A stretch of DNA of 64,000 bases from Malacoraja senta (taxonomy: Eukaryota): the NCBI GenBank assembly GCA_038087875.1, contig CM075992.1:9240001-9304000 (forward strand), given 5' to 3'. The position numbers and the translations under genes are program-made. The notes below the pieces were generated by a model, which saw nothing but the letters and a program-made list of their open reading frames with translations, ran no database searches and was not told where the DNA came from. Shown one piece after another: positions 12,366 through 26,701 of this stretch (positions within the stretch are counted from its first letter, which is position 1; each line of letters opens with the position of its first letter).

Positions 12366-12864
12366 TGTTGTACTGTTGTCCGTTCTTACCTTTCCGTGTG
12401 GTATTTTCTGGTCTGATTGCTTTTTCTCCGTTGTTTTAGTTTCCTTTCTTTTTTCATTCTTCTCTCTTCTAAACAATCCAAAAAGCAAAGAGACTTTCCG
12501 TAAGCAATGTGATTTGTTGGCAAACAGCCAAGGGTAATCTCAGCAGGGGGTGCACAGAGCTCTGACAAATACTAATAAAGCTCCTGAGCTTTTTAAATCT
12601 CCTTAGCTGGGAATCAGGGAGGGACCAGGCAAGAGAATCAGTGCCAGTTAACGGTCGGTGGTCAGCCTGTCATTACACAGGCTGCAGCAGAGTCAGATGT
12701 ATGCTCCCAAGCAGGAGATTGCCCAGTTATTTGAACGGGGAGTCTTGTTTATCCAGCACCTGAACATGCCCAGGCAGTGGGCTACCTTGCTCAGCTCTCT
12801 GTAAAGTGGAAATCACACATAGATCGGCACCTTGTAGAAACGGGACTGTCAAACCCGGTTGTGA

Positions 12865-13230
<366 letters not shown>

Positions 13231-15384
13231 TAAAATAAAAGTTGAAATGATGGATATCGCTTTGTAATTTAGCTTCAGCATAATTTTTTTATTCTAAAAG
13301 GTTTAAGCTGTGAACCTGAAAATTGATATAATGAGTAGGAATCAGAAAGTGATTTTGCTCCCACCGTTCTCCACACAGAGATACTGCTTCACTGTCAGAT
13401 AACAGTGGCTTTAAACTCAGCTGCGTTTTACTTGCTCAATAATCCTTCAAAGTTCTCCCAACCCTGTCTGAAGACTGCAGACTTAAGCCCTGGTCAAAGT
13501 GCCAATCTCAGCCGACACCACAAAGAATATACAACACCCCTTAATTACTAGTCACACACACTGTTTAATGCAATCACAGTCTCGCCTGTCCAAATATTTT
13601 CTTAAGAACTAATTGTGGTGACATGACAAGAGAACCACAAAAATCCCTGTTGTTAACCATTTGCATGCTAACATGCTCAAATCTGGCTGTACTGGCAGGT
13701 TTTATCAAATGATTAGATTATGAACCCCCCTCCAGATCCATTCCAAAGTTGTTTGGTAACCCGTTCATGAAGAGCTATATATTTTATTGATGGTAATATT
13801 ACAAGATTCTGCAATGTGCTGGGTTTAGGAACTCCTCCAAGCTAGGTCCCCGATGGAATCAGAATAAAATTCAGTTTACTACATTAATATAGGACTTGAG
13901 GAGTTAGGACGGGGACACTGTGGATCACAGAGAATAGTGCAGCACAGGAACAGATCCTTCAGCCCACAAAGTCTGCGTCGAACATGATGCCAGGTTAAAC
14001 TGATCACCTCTGTCTGCATGTGATCCATATCCCCCATATCCATGAGCCTATCTATAAACCTCTTAAACGCCACCATCATAGCTACCTCCTCCACCGCTCC
14101 TGGCAGTGCATTCCAGGAACTCAACGCTCTCTGTGTGTAAAAAAAACTTGACCCGTACCTCACCTTTAAACCTCCCCCCCCTCTATCCTCTAGTCTTTGA
14201 CATTTCCATCCTGGGAGAAAGGTTTTGACTGTCTAGCCTATCTAGGCCTCTCATAATTGTATTTATCTCCATCGGGTCTCCCCTCAGCCTCTGAAGCTCC
14301 CTAAAGGAAGGCAAGTCCAGAGCACCTGGTTAAGTGAGGTGCACAAAGCAGTTTCAGTTGCCTTTCCATCACCCTGGAGACATTGATATAAATTCAACAG
14401 TATGTTCAAAGAGCCTCATACTCTGTCCGAACCTGGACTCTTGCAGAAGCAGCGGTTGCGTGGGGTCTGGCTTATTTAAGCAACCATTCTTTGAATATCA
14501 GTGGGTGATTTGAGCATCAGTTTAGAGCGTGCCAAACTGTATCTTGGTGAAAGATATTTCACCTCCCTGCCTCAGAGGGTGATGTGGGCAACACTACACC
14601 AGCACTGCCTGCACAGAGCCGAGTCATGTCACCATGGGCCGCACATCAACGGCGAGGACCCAACACAACCACGGTTTAGACACCAACCACTGTTAATTCA
14701 ACCGATGTTACAAGAGATTGTCAAGTATACATGGAGTCGGAAAAACATGGAGATGTGCATTCCATCATAGTCCCACAGGACGGAAAAGGCCCTTCAGCTC
14801 AACTTCCCATGCTGACCAAGATTCCACGCTAGTCCCATTTCCCCGGGATTGCCCCATATCCTTCTAAATCTTTCCTATCCACGTACCTATCCAAATATCT
14901 TTTAAATGTAGTTATTGTACCTCTCAGCTATCTCCTCTGAGAGCTCGACACAAATAGCTGGAGTAACTCAGCGGATCAGACAGCATCTCTGGAGAAAAGG
15001 AATAGGTGCTGTTTCTCTGGAAAAGAGTCTGAAGAAATGTCTCGACCCAAAACCCGTCTCCTATTCCTTTTCTCCAGAGATGCTGTCTGACCCGCTCAGT
15101 TACTCCAGCCTTTTGTGTCTACAGATTAAACCAGCATCTGCAGTACCTTCCTATACAGCTCCTCAGGATGCTTGTTCCATATACCAACCACCCTCTGTGT
15201 GAAAAAGTCGCCCCTTAATTTCCTTTTAAATCTTTCCTCTCTGACTTTAGTAATCTAATTAGTCACGTTATGTTGAGGACAACTAAACAGGGGTTGTGGT
15301 AATCTGATCTCCAGCCAAAATATTACGGATGATGAAAAATCAAATAAAAACAAACTTGCTGGGAATACTCAATACATGAATGAG

Positions 15385-15935
15385 CCCAAGAAACAGATCC
15401 TGTAATTTTGTGGAAGACATACTGCTGGAGGATCTCAGCAGGACAGTCAGCATCTGTTGTGGGAGATGGGCAGACAACGTTTGGGGTTGCGACCCTTTCT
15501 CAGACTTATGGAGTAAAGGGGAGAGGAACGGTGAGTAAGTGATAGGTGGATCCAAGCAAGGAGGGGTTGATTGGCAGAGGATTCAGGTGGGGGAAGAGAA
15601 GGGTGAAGGCAGTAACCAAGGCTGGAGGTAATTAGTGGAGAAGACAATAGGGCGCAAATGGTGGAAGCTGATCAGAATTAAGGTCGGAGTGAAATGTAGA
15701 ACAGGAGAGGAATGGTTGGAAGGGAACGGAGCGAAAATGGGGAACCTGGAGTAGACAGGTGTGGGATAAGGAGGTAAGCAGATGGGGAAAGGAACTGGGT
15801 GACGGGGTGAGTGGAAAGAAAGGCGTGAGCGATTGTGGGGGTGGGGGTGTCAATGAGACGGGGTTGCCTGAAATTGAAGAATTCAGTTCTCGTGCTATTG
15901 GGTTGTGGGTTGTCAGCTACCCAGGCTGAAAATAA
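15385..15935 (-). mobile_element. Degenerate Penelope 3' fragment
   Basis: Degenerate pLTR unit at 15410-15505, a purine-rich tract, and a GIY-YIG C-terminal remnant near 15860-15930. Confidence 0.6.
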
Positions 15936-17056
15936 AGGAACGATTACTATCTCAGTTCATCAGAAATAATGAAATCCCATTGAATTGCGGGCTTTTAACC
16001 ATCAAACTGGCGAGGAGATTACTTTGGAAGGGTGTGCTGCTCGGCATGATTGCTTGAACCCACTCAGTTAATGTGCTGTGGGGGATGACCAAGACTTAAT
16101 CCATGTCAATTTAAACTAAAAGCTTCTGCATCCCAGTCTGTGGAACTGAAGTGACAGATTAATCGCTTCTCCACTGGGAGTCTGTAACATCCAATGTTAC
16201 CAGTGATGAAATAAATCAGATGCAATTTTTGCACTATGCAGGGAGCTTTAAGTCCACTTACAAACACACATGCATTATAATCTCTTATGGTATGGCCTGA
16301 ATTAAGAGTGGTTAGTCGACTTTTATTAATCAAACTGTGTGCCCTGGCAGTGCCACACCAACGGTACATAACTCCAGCCAAGCAGGACATCATGCCAAAT
16401 CACGTGATGCACTGCCCCAATTGTTACAAGGCATTCTGCCGAGTTTAGTTTATTTAATGTCACATGTAAGAAAAAAATTACTCTGTATACATAACTACAA
16501 TAGATCCTTCTCTGGAGCTAACCACACGCCTCTGATATAGCTTGAGCAGTGAGGAGGGATATCAACCACAAGGGTCTCGACCCGAAACGTCACCCATTCC
16601 TTCTCTCCAGAGATGCTGCCTGTCCCGCTGAGTTTCTCCAGCTATTTGTGTCTATTTTCAACTACAATGAAACACCTTTAATCCTAATGATCACACAACA
16701 ATAGTGTACATTTGCTCAAATAGTTGAATTTATTTTCAGCTGATATGTTATTCTTTTTTTTTCTTTTTTTAATAATATTTTTATATTGTTATTCTTTAAA
16801 TGCAGGAATCATTTCCAAAAATTAACTCTAATGCCCAAGGAATGTCCAATGTGAAAATGGAGCTGTGTGTTGCAGTGTACCAGAAGTTTAATTATTGGTC
16901 AAAGCCTGGGCATCTGAAGCTGAGGAAGAACCCAATCCACCAATATGTGGGTGGCACTGATAAAGGCTTCATTGACCATCCCTCGTCACCTTGTGACTGG
17001 GTTAGACTTCCTACACCGGGGCAGAGAGGACATTTATCAGAGCATCACCTGTGACT

Positions 17057-17251
17057 GTTTAAGAAAGAACTGCAGATGGTGGAAAAATCAAAGGTAGACA
17101 AAAATGCTGGTGAAACTCAGCGGGTGAGGCAGCATCTATGGAGCGAAGGAATAGGTGACGTTTCGGGTCGAGACCCTTCTTCAGACTTCACCTATTCCTT
17201 CGCTCCATAGATGCTGCCTCACCTGCTGAGTTTCACCAGCATTTTTGTCTA
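17057..17251. mobile_element. Fold-back Penelope-derived element with an intact hammerhead-like core on the minus strand
   Basis: 17096-17158 is the near-exact reverse complement of 17188-17251. GACGTTTCGGGTCGAGACCCTTCTTCAG lies in the loop. Confidence 0.85.
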
Positions 17252-17734
17252 TCCCCTGTGACTGGGGACTTCAGTTATACGGGAGAGAAATGGTAAACAA
17301 GGGTTGGTCGCGGAAAGGAGACGGTTAAAGGAAGATTTAATGTAAGTAATCACGAGGAGCTTTGACAGAGTCAATAAAGGGAAATGGTTTTCACTGCCAG
17401 GAGGGTAGTAATCACAGGACACGGGTGTTATATAATTGGTTTTAAAAGAGAAAAGAGGGATTGAGAACAGGGATGATGAGATTTTTTGCAAGGGGTTGTA
17501 ATCTTGAAAGTAATATCTGCAAATTACATTGTAAACCCATTCTAAAGGGAGTTTGATAAACTCTTGAAGGATGAGATATTTGCGCGTACCTAGAGAAAGG
17601 AACTTGGAGCACATTAACTACAAATAGCAACCATATTGTTAAGTTTCTTATGAGTCCCCAGATTATTGAATTCATTTAAACTCGAGCTCTACAATGCCAT
17701 TCCAGAGTCATAACCAAGACAAAATGAACCAAAC

Positions 17735-19775
17735 CCGTCAAGTTTATTCGTCACATACACATACGAGATGTGCAGTGAAATGAAAAGTGGCAATGCTCGT
17801 GAATTGTGCAAAAAACAAACAAACTACAAACAGAATCACATATTCACATATTACATATTTGTAGGAGGAAAAAAAAAAACTGATTAAAAAAAAGACAACA
17901 GTATAATGGTTCAGTAAAGTTAGTCCCTGGTGAGATAGGAGTTTACAGTCCTAATGGCCTCTGGGAAGAAACTCCTTCTCATCCTCTCCGTTTTCACAGC
18001 ATGGCAATGGAGGTGTTTGCCTGACCGTAGCAGATGGAACAGTCTGTTGCTGGGGTGGAAGGGGTCTCCCATGATCTTGTTGGCTCTGGATTTGCACCTT
18101 CTGATGTATAGTTCCTGCAGGGGGGCGAGTGTAGTTCCCATAGTGCGTTCGGCCCAAAGCACTACTCTCTGCAGAGCCTTCTTGTCCTGGGCAAAGCAGT
18201 TCCCAAACCAAATCGTGATATTTCCAGACAAGATGCTTTCCACAGCTGCTGAGTAGAAGCACTGGAGGATCCTCGGAGACACTCTGAATTTCTTCAATTG
18301 CCTGAGGTGGTAAAGGCGCTGCCTTGCCTTACTCACCAGTGCTGCAGCGTGTGATGTCCATGTCATATCCTCAGAGATGTGGACTCCCAGGTATTTAAAA
18401 CAGTTCACCCTATCCACAGTATCCCCATTTATCTTCAATGGTGTGTACGTCCTTGGATGTTGTGCCCTCCTAAAGTCCACGATCAGCTCCTTAGTTGTTT
18501 TTGATATTCAAGAGGAGGCTGTTGTCCTGACACCAGAGTGCCAGATCAGCCACCTCCTCCCGGTAGGCCTTCTCATCGTTATCTGAGATCAGGCCCACCA
18601 CCACAGTGTCATCAACAAACTTGATTATAGAGTTGGAGCTGAACCTGGCCACACAGTCATGTGTGTACAGGGAGTACAGTAGGGGGCTGAGGACGCAATC
18701 CTGGGGGGATCCTGTGCTCAGGGTGAGGGACTTTGATGTATTTCCTCCCATCTTGACTACCTAGGGCCTGGCGGTGAGAAAGTCCAGGACCCAGGCACAC
18801 AGGGGGGTGTTGAGCCCCAATTCCAGCAGCTTCTCGGCAAGTCTGGTGGGGACTATCGTGTTGAAGGCTGAACTGAAGTCTATGAACAGCATCCTCATTT
18901 AGCCCCCCTTCTGGCTGTCAAGATGAGAGAGAGCGGTGTGCAGAACCTGGGAGACCGCATCGTCCGTGGATCTGTTCGGACGGTATGCGAATTGTAGCGG
19001 GTCCATGTTGCGAGGGAGGAAGGCGCAGATGTGTTTCTTGACCAGCCTCTCAAAGCATTTCATGATTACCGAGGTGAGGGCCACCGGACGGTAGTCATTC
19101 AGACAAGCTGGGGAGGCATTGTTAGGTACAGGTACAATGATGGATCTTTTGAAGCAGGCAAGGACCACGGACTTGTCCAGGGAGAGGTTGAATATTGTAG
19201 TGAGCACCGGAGCTAGCTGCGTAGCACAGGACTTAAGTACTCGCCCCAAGATGCCATCGGGGCCTGCAGCTTTCCTCATGTTCACCCGTGTCAGAGCCCT
19301 CCTCACGTCGTGCTCGGACAATGAGAATGTGTGCACATTCCTCCCTTCAGCTTCGATAGCCAGCCCGCTGACGGTATTGTCGACAGTCGGCAGACCTGGG
19401 GTGATGTTGCCCGTCTCGAAACGAGCGTAGGAGTTCAGGTCATCAGCTAGGGAGGTGCCGGCACTTCCGGTTGAGGGGGGGGGGGGGGTGCTCCGGTAGT
19501 TGGTTACAGTCCGTAGCCCCTACCACAGGCGTCTGGTGTCCTGCTGCTCCATCTGTGACTCCATCTTGTCTCTGTACCTCCTTTTTGCGTCCTTCACCGC
19601 CCTTTGCAGTCGGTAGGACTCTACCTTGTAGACGTCCATATTTCCGGATGCCAGGCCCGAGTTGTAGGCAGCGGTGCGAGCATTCAAGGCAACACGAACG
19701 GACCTGTCTACCCAGGGTTTTTGATTCGGAAAGGTGCTAACCCTTACCGTGGGGACGATGTTCCCACGATGAAAC
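17735..19775 (-). mobile_element. Rex1/Babar-type LINE, 5'-truncated and frameshifted RT
   Basis: Motifs KAAGPDG, LNDYRPVALTS, MKCFERLV, DPLQFAYR, STGSPQDCVLSPLLYSLYT, KFVDD and FKYLGVHI. Confidence 0.92.
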
Positions 19776-21185
19776 CATCCCTAGACCACAGATCAAGGCA
19801 TGATCAAGAACATCCACCTGTATTTTCTATTGAAATGTCACTTTCCTACATGATCACATCCCACAAGGAAGCTCTGGGTGTACATCATTTGTGTTAATAT
19901 TTAGTGAGGTGTAAAATTCCATTTCCCCTCGCAATGATGATCACTTCTTTAAAGTCACTTTCCCCAACTCCTCAGAAGAAAAAATCATACAGGGTTACTA
20001 AGCATCTCTGCATATGTCCAGTGCTCTCATGTCAAGCACCACTGTCATCCACAGAGTCAGTCAGGCTACACATTCCAGCTCCAGTCCAACAGGGAATCCA
20101 AGCTGATGCCACAGTGCATTCCCAACGGAGTGTAACAACAACCCGGTGTGGTGGAATGCTGTGAGAGGGGGTGAAGAACAAAGGGGAATTGACACAAAAT
20201 GCTGGAGTAACTCAGCGGGACACGTATCTGCAGTTCCTTCCTACACAAGAACAAAGGGGGGCCCGGCATGAAGGGACCACTGTGAAGGGGGGGGGTGAAG
20301 AACAGAGGGGGACCCGGCGTGGGAAGACCGCCGTGAGGAGTGGGGAACAAGGGTGGACCTGGCGCAGGATATTTTGTTGGCGCCCTTTATGTGGCGACTA
20401 TTTGCATACCTTGGGTGTGTAAGCAAAGAATTTCACTGTGACTTGTAACATGTGACCATAAAGTATTCAATTCAATTCAATATTCAATTCAACATCTCAT
20501 CTTCTTTCTGCTGTTCTTTCGTTATTATTCATGCATTAACAAAGAATAGTCCTAATCTTTTACCCAACATTGATCCCTTAATCAGAAGATCCATAAAAGA
20601 TTAACTGGTCATTAATCTCATTGCCCCGTGCAAAGATTTTCTCTGCACAAACGGTCTTATATAATGAATATCTTCTTTAAAAAAAAATCACATTATGTGC
20701 TTTGGAGTATTGAATATGTAAGAGGTGCCAGATGTAAAAGGTAAGTTTTGTCTTCTCCAAGCAAAAAAGTCCTTCAAATAACAGAAAATAAATGTGGTAA
20801 ATGAACTATGGCCGATATGAGATTTATTTTAACATGAAAACAGACCAAATTGTCCTGCAGCTAACCTCGTAAAAGTTCAGGTTTAAGGAATACCACTTTT
20901 CATCTAGCAGGTTATTGTCCTGAAACTAACTAATTCTCCACTGATGCTGCCTGACCTTCTGACAATTTCTGCTTTAATTTTGGATTTCTATACCACCATC
21001 GGTATTTTGCTTTTGGGACTTTTGTGAATAGATAACTACTTGGTGGGCAAGTATTTGTAAAGATGTGATACTAAATTCAAAGATGGAAGGCGAGGCTTCT
21101 TCCTATTACGTAGCATTGTAAGCAACATATTGGTAATACTTTGATTAAAGCAAGCGACATTCATTCCATTGTTTCCATTCAATAG

Positions 21186-21334
21186 ATTTTATATTTGGAC
21201 CGAGACAGCAGGCAAGTGAGACTGGAAATGACCTCAAGTGCGTCACTCCTGAAGCATTCTCATACCCTCTCCAGCATCAGGAGGAAATCCTAATCCCAGC
21301 CGAGGAGACCCTGCATCTACCTCAGGAGACGTGA
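21186..21334 (+). CDS. SMIM44-like coding exon 2 with TGA stop
   Basis: Acceptor ...ccattcaatAG at 21184-21185. The phase-1 join gives HDFA-D-FIFGPRQQASETGNDLKCVTPEAFSYPLQHQEEILIPAEETLHLPQET*. An AT-rich, repeat-poor, 3'UTR-like region follows. Confidence 0.75.
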
Positions 21335-22314
21335 CTTCAGACACGGGGATGCGGGGATGGATTTACCAAAGAGGAAGCTGACAACGAAAGCCTCATTCCA
21401 TCAGTAGCACCAACCAACCCCATTCAAATGCATCACCTTCACTAACACGCTTCTGTTATATTTTAATTGATGATTTGTGAACAAATCTGTCAGAATTACT
21501 TATGGCATTTTCAATCCTTGAAACATAAATAATCCTTGATGTATTTGCAGAGCTAGAAGAACCCAAATAAATAATTAAATGTGCAGACACAAAAATGACA
21601 GTAACCATTATACACATATCGTTTGGCCGACCGACTTGCAAATACAATAAGCTGTGAAGGACAAGAGCAAGTCAACAACCTGCCCTGTTATTTATGAAGC
21701 AAAACAAGCAAGGCACTTCACAGGAGGATTATGAGGCTAATGTACTCTCTAAAACTTCTCTTTTTCAGTATTGAAACCTTGCCAGACTAGAATACAACCA
21801 TGTTTGTATTATTACTTTCCTGCCTGTCAGGTTATTCCAGATAGTTACACCTTTTATTGCCTGTAAAGCTGCAGCAAGTAAGAATTCCATTGTTCAGGTT
21901 CATACCCATTGCACATGACAAATAAACTCGACTCTTTTGTATAAAGCTGTTCTTTCACTCAGATATTGCATTCAATATTCTGACTTATTTAAAAGTAATA
22001 CTTGTCTTAACCTCATTAATCTTTGAATATTTTATAAGCTTCAGTAACATTACCACTTTGAAAGCCTTCCCTCCATTTTACAAATTAGCATTAACTTATG
22101 GTCTCAGTTCATCCTCAGTATCACCGGGTACTGCCGTTGTTTTCTGCATCTATACTTAACACTTAAAAATATAAATGACTGCTAAATTCTGCTTAATTTA
22201 TACATTTTGATTCTAAAATCAGAACCGTTTTCATGTATGTTGTGGCAGATATTGTTGGCGAACTTCAATGCAATTCCACCAGTTGTCTACATACCCTCAA
22301 TATTTTGTAAAGAA

Positions 22315-22320
22315 AATAAA
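22315..22320 (+). promoter_or_regulatory. Candidate polyadenylation signal of the SMIM44-like gene
   Basis: AATAAA at the end of the ~1-kb AT-rich region after the stop codon. Other AATAAA hexamers occur upstream, so the assignment is uncertain. Confidence 0.35.
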
Positions 22321-23189
22321 CATTTATGTAATTATCGATTCCCGAGCAGTCGTGCTTTGATTTTAACCATTTAACCATGTTCTTCTAATTGCAGCAAGGC
22401 TGCACCCTCTAAACATGTACCAGCCCATCTGATACCACAGATGAAGGGTTGTCCATTGATCCAAGCATTGGTGGGTGACCATGAAAGGTTGGGACTGCAG
22501 ATGTTTAATTGACTAATTGTTTAACACTCATGGTAAGGCATGTGAAAAGGTACACAAATAACACGTCTCTGTTAGAAATTGAATCACAAAACACTTGTGC
22601 GACAGCTTCAAATTGCCTGTCCCAAGAGGGCGGCACAATGGTGCAGCTGGTAAAGCTGCTGCCTCTCAGCACCGTAGACGCTGGTTCAATCCTGACCTCG
22701 GATGTTGTCTGTGTGTGAGATGTTTGCACATTCTCTCTGCCACCCTGGTGCTCTGGTTTCATCCCACATCCCAAAGTTTGTATGATAGTTGGCCCTCTGT
22801 AAATTGCTCCTGGTGTGCAAGGAGTGGATGAGAAAATGGGATAACATAGAACTAGTGTGAATGGGTGATCGAAGGTCAGTGTGGACTCAAGTGCCTGTTT
22901 CGAAAGAGCCAGCTTGCAATGGATCCCTAATATGCCAACCACCAACAAATGTCTAAGTGCTATTGCTCAGCATGCGAGAGTTGGTTGAATCTGATGCCTT
23001 TTAGCACATGCACAAGGCTGATCATATTACGGCTACCCTGGGCTTCAAGATTTGGCACATGATTTGGTAAGTGTACTAATTACTTTAATTATGCAGATGT
23101 TACCCTGAATGGGTCTATTTGGGGATAGCAGGTTTGCGAGGGCGTTAAAAGGATACTATAATTGACTACAATAACCGTGGGCTAGGTGA

Positions 23190-23445
23190 GTACAGCGGTA
23201 GAGTTGCTGCCTTTCAGCGCCATAGATCCGGGTTCGATCCTGACCACAGGTGCTGTCTGTACAGAGTTTGTACGTTCTCCCTCTGGCTGCGTGGGTTTTC
23301 CCCGGGATCTCCGGTTTCCTCCCACACTCCAAAGATGCACAGGTTTGTAGGTTAATTGGCGTCGGTAAAGTTGTAAATTATCCCCAGTGTGTAGGATAGT
23401 GCAAGTGTACGAGAATCTCTGGTCAGTGGGACTTGGTGGGCTGAT
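23190..23445 (+). mobile_element. tRNA-derived V-SINE (HE1-like), representative copy. About 20 copies in the window, approx. 9925-10198-, 22628-22905+, 30375-30655-, 32240-32500+, 33825-34120+, 34868-35170+, 36155-36440-, 38915-39160+, 39825-40120+, 40875-41175-, 41770-42062+, 42535-42835-, 46598-47010+, 47945-48178-, 48590-48865+, 49585-49875-, 55010-55256-, 58710-59008+
   Basis: tRNA-like head with B box GGTTCGATCC and V-domain-like GAGTTTGTACGTTCTCCC...TCCGGTTTCCTCCCACACTCC. Fuller copies end in a CR1-like 3' end GGGCCGAAGGGCCTGTTTCC and a (CTAAA)n tail. Confidence 0.85.
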
Positions 23446-23534
23446 GTGACATGTTTGAAGTAGTAGAGGAGCCTACACTCATTCCATCACTCGAATATAA
23501 ACAAACCTTCTATAGAAGGAATGACTGTGGTTGA

Positions 23535-23667
23535 GGTGGGAGATTGCAACCTTCACGTGGTCCGCATTGTTTCGACTAATGCAATCAACTCGACGTGCAC
23601 AAACGGAAGATCAAATAGAACAAGTTGTCCAACAACTTTAGGCTGTGCACGCCACACGAAAGAAGAA
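23535..23667 (+). mobile_element. 133-bp retroposed insert with (GAA)n tail and 12-bp TSD
   Basis: GACTGTGGTTGA at 23523-23534 and 23668-23679. The insert ends ...CGAAAGAAGAA. Confidence 0.8.
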
Positions 23668-24707
23668 GACTGTGGTTGACAGATAAAAGCACCATGGAAT
23701 ACACCAGATTTGCTCCTTTTATTGCATTAGATTTACAATTTCCAATTTCTGAAATAAGACATGTCGTAAGCTGACTCCTTGGAAACCAAGGTATGTTAAG
23801 GCGTGACAATGACGCGGGTGCTACAGCCACAGCCTTCCAATGTAATCAACAAGGCAGGCTCGACTGACTAAAACCACCATCTCGCCTCCTTCAAAGGTTT
23901 CATTACTTCATACCGAGATTTATTTCCTTTTCATTTAGCAGCTGGGAACTAATAGTTCCAGAACAATGATCCCTATTAACACTAATCAGTGGAGTTTAGA
24001 TTATAGTTGTAACTTTAAGGTAACGTGCTCCAATTAACCTGCAAGGTAAAACACAAATTACTGGAAGGACTCAGTGGGTCAGGCAGCATCTGTGGTCGGA
24101 ACAGACAGACGACATTTCGGGTCCGGATCTTTCTTCAGACTCTAGACCCGAAACACTGTCAGTCCATTCCCTACACAGATGCTGCCTGACCCCACGAGTT
24201 CCTTCAGCACTTTGTGTTTTGTTCAAGATTCCAGCCTCTGCAGTTCCTCGTGTCTCTGACCTGCTAGATAACTTTAGCTTCCTTTTCTGTTTCAAGCACA
24301 CATTTTCAGCTGTGCAAACTTGTCAGCCTTTTGGAACCATCAAATATGAATATATAATAAGAGAAGAGGCCACGATATTTTGCAGGGAATCAGTGGGTCA
24401 AGCAGGATTCGCAACTGTAGTGGACCATCCCTCTGTCTCCTAAGATGCTGCTCGGCCCACTGAGTTAATGCAGCACTTTTTATTGCTCCAGATTTAGGCA
24501 TGTGCGATGACTTGCGTTAACATTTTGCAGGAGTGCTCGAGGCAGTGAGAATGACATGCCTGACAATGATATGCCCCGAGCTCCAAAGCCAAACGTTTTG
24601 ATTCTTCCTCCCCCACAGTCCCTGAATTGAATTAAAGTGAAACCTTGCTGAGGCTAGTGTCAAGCACACACTTCAAGTGTCTTGCTGTGCGTGTCTGAGG
24701 CTGAATG

Positions 24708-24813
24708 CTAGGAGGTCAGGCGGCACACTGGGCTGTCGTACACCATCTGCAAGTTCACCTTGTGCCCCACAAGCTCACGGATGTTGTTGATTCCGTACTT
24801 GATCATGGTTGGT
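24708..24813 (-). CDS. FARSA: FARSA last coding exon with TAG stop
   Basis: Reads [36 protein letters not shown] acceptor at 24815-24814; phase matches the previous exon. Confidence 0.97.
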
Positions 24814-25486
24814 CTAGGAGGAAATAAAACAAAGATTTTGCATCTTACATTCATAGTTGGCAAACAAAATGATCTAATCAAACAAACAGTAGAATTAAAC
24901 CAACATGGTTTAGTTCAAACACAAAAAGCTGGAGTAACTCAGCGGGTCAGACAGCATCTCTGGAGAAAAGGAATAGGTGACGTTTCGGGTCGAGACCCTT
25001 CTCCACCCAAAACGCCACCTATTCCTTTTCTCCAGAGATGCTGTGTGATCTGCTGAGTTACTCCAGCTTTTTGTGTCTATCTTCAGTTTAAACCAGCATC
25101 TGTAGTTCCTTCCTACAACATGGCTTAAACATGGTCATGGGATTGATGTTTTAAAGGCTAATGTTAATGAGCATTACATACAAGTCTTTAGGGTAGAATA
25201 AAAAAATGTTGAACACTTAATTGAGGACTGGTGACAATTGCACCAGTGAAATCCTAAACATGAATACCATGGAGTTAACTTGCAGATTTCACGCCAGAGA
25301 TTGCTCAGCTTTAGAGATACAGCATGGAAACAGGCCCTTTGACCCACCGAGTCCGCACTGACCACTGATCACCCTGCACTATCCTACACACACTAGGGAC
25401 AATTGACAATGTTTTACCAAACCCAATCAACCTACAAATGTACATGTCTTTGGAGTGTGAGAGGAAACAGTAGCAACTGGATGAAA

Positions 25487-26015
25487 TGTGTAGGAAGGAA
25501 TGCTGGTTTAAACCGAAGATAGACACAAAATGTTGGAGTAACTCAGCGGGTCACACAGCATCTCTGGAGAAAAGGAATAGGCGACGTTTCAGGTCGAGAC
25601 CCTTGTTCAGACTGAGAGTCAGTGGAAAGGGAAACGAGAGATATAGACGGTGATGTAGAGAGATGTAGAACAAATGAAAGATATGCAAAAAAAGTAACAA
25701 TGATCAACGAAACAGGCCGTTGTTAGCTGTTGGGTGAGAATGAGTACTGACAATGAGACTTTGAAGCTGGTATGAATTGGGTGAGGGAGGGATGGAGAGA
25801 GAGGGAATGCAGGGGTTACTTGAAGTGGGAGAAATCAATGTCATACCACTGGGTTGTAAGCTGCCCATAGGAAATGAGATGCGGTTCTTCCAATTTGCAT
25901 TTGGCCTCACTCTGACAATGGAGGAGGCCTAGGACAGAAAGGTCAGGGTGGGAATGGGAAGTGGAATTAAAGTGTTTGGCAATTGGGAGATCAGGTAGGT
26001 CCAGGCGGACTGAGT
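25487..26015 (-). mobile_element. Penelope-like element 3' fragment
   Basis: Reads SVRLDLPDLPIAKHFNSTSHSHPDLSVLGLLHCQSEAKCKLEE, followed by a pLTR unit with a hammerhead-like core at ~25582-25610. Confidence 0.85.
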
Positions 26016-26701
26016 AACCCATGAGGTCACGGGGAGAACGTAAACTGTACAGACAGCACCCTTAGTCAGGATGGAACCTGGATCTCTGGTGCTGTGAGGC
26101 AGCAACTCTACCGCTGTGTCACCGTGGTACATTTCATGAAATGCGGCAGTTCCACTCCTTGCTAAGTACTTATCCAAGTCCTTTTTGTTGGTTAAAAATA
26201 AATATTTTTCCACCGCTCTTTTGGACAGTGTCTTCCTGATCACACGAGTTCAACACAATAATGCAAGACATTCTCATCTGCTCCCAGGCTATTTTACCAG
26301 CAACATTTAGTGGCTAGTTTGGCTAAATTAGTGAAGATCAAAGTCGGGGCCCAGCAACTTTCTGGCCTGTGCCATGCATTAGTTAGGAGTTTTCACAGGT
26401 TGCCCCTCGTTAAACCAAACACCAGTACATCCGACAGGTCCACCACTGATTTTCTGGCACCCTTGGTTCCAGAGCCTTTCTGGACCAACCAAGGTCATGG
26501 CTGCCGAGAAGAGTCGGAACGGTACTCCAAGGTCCCCAGGGTTGATAGTCAAACATCCCAATGGGACTGAATGCTTCTCCTCTTCAGAAACACCTGATCC
26601 ATCCACCTGATAAGCCTGGAATTATCATGGCGATCCGAGAAATCAGGTACAAAATAAAGTTGTTTTAGAATTCTTGAAAACCTCACTTTTAATTGCATAA
26701 C

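Noticed and set aside
11604..12439. Recurring short ORFs (LKKGLDPKRH, FLRSIDAA, CWRNSAG)
   Set aside because: Translations of the non-coding Penelope-derived repeat, not a protein family.
23190..23265. Possible tRNA genes
   Set aside because: The tRNA-like heads run into a V-domain and CR1-like tail, so they are SINEs. No complete cloverleaf is evident.
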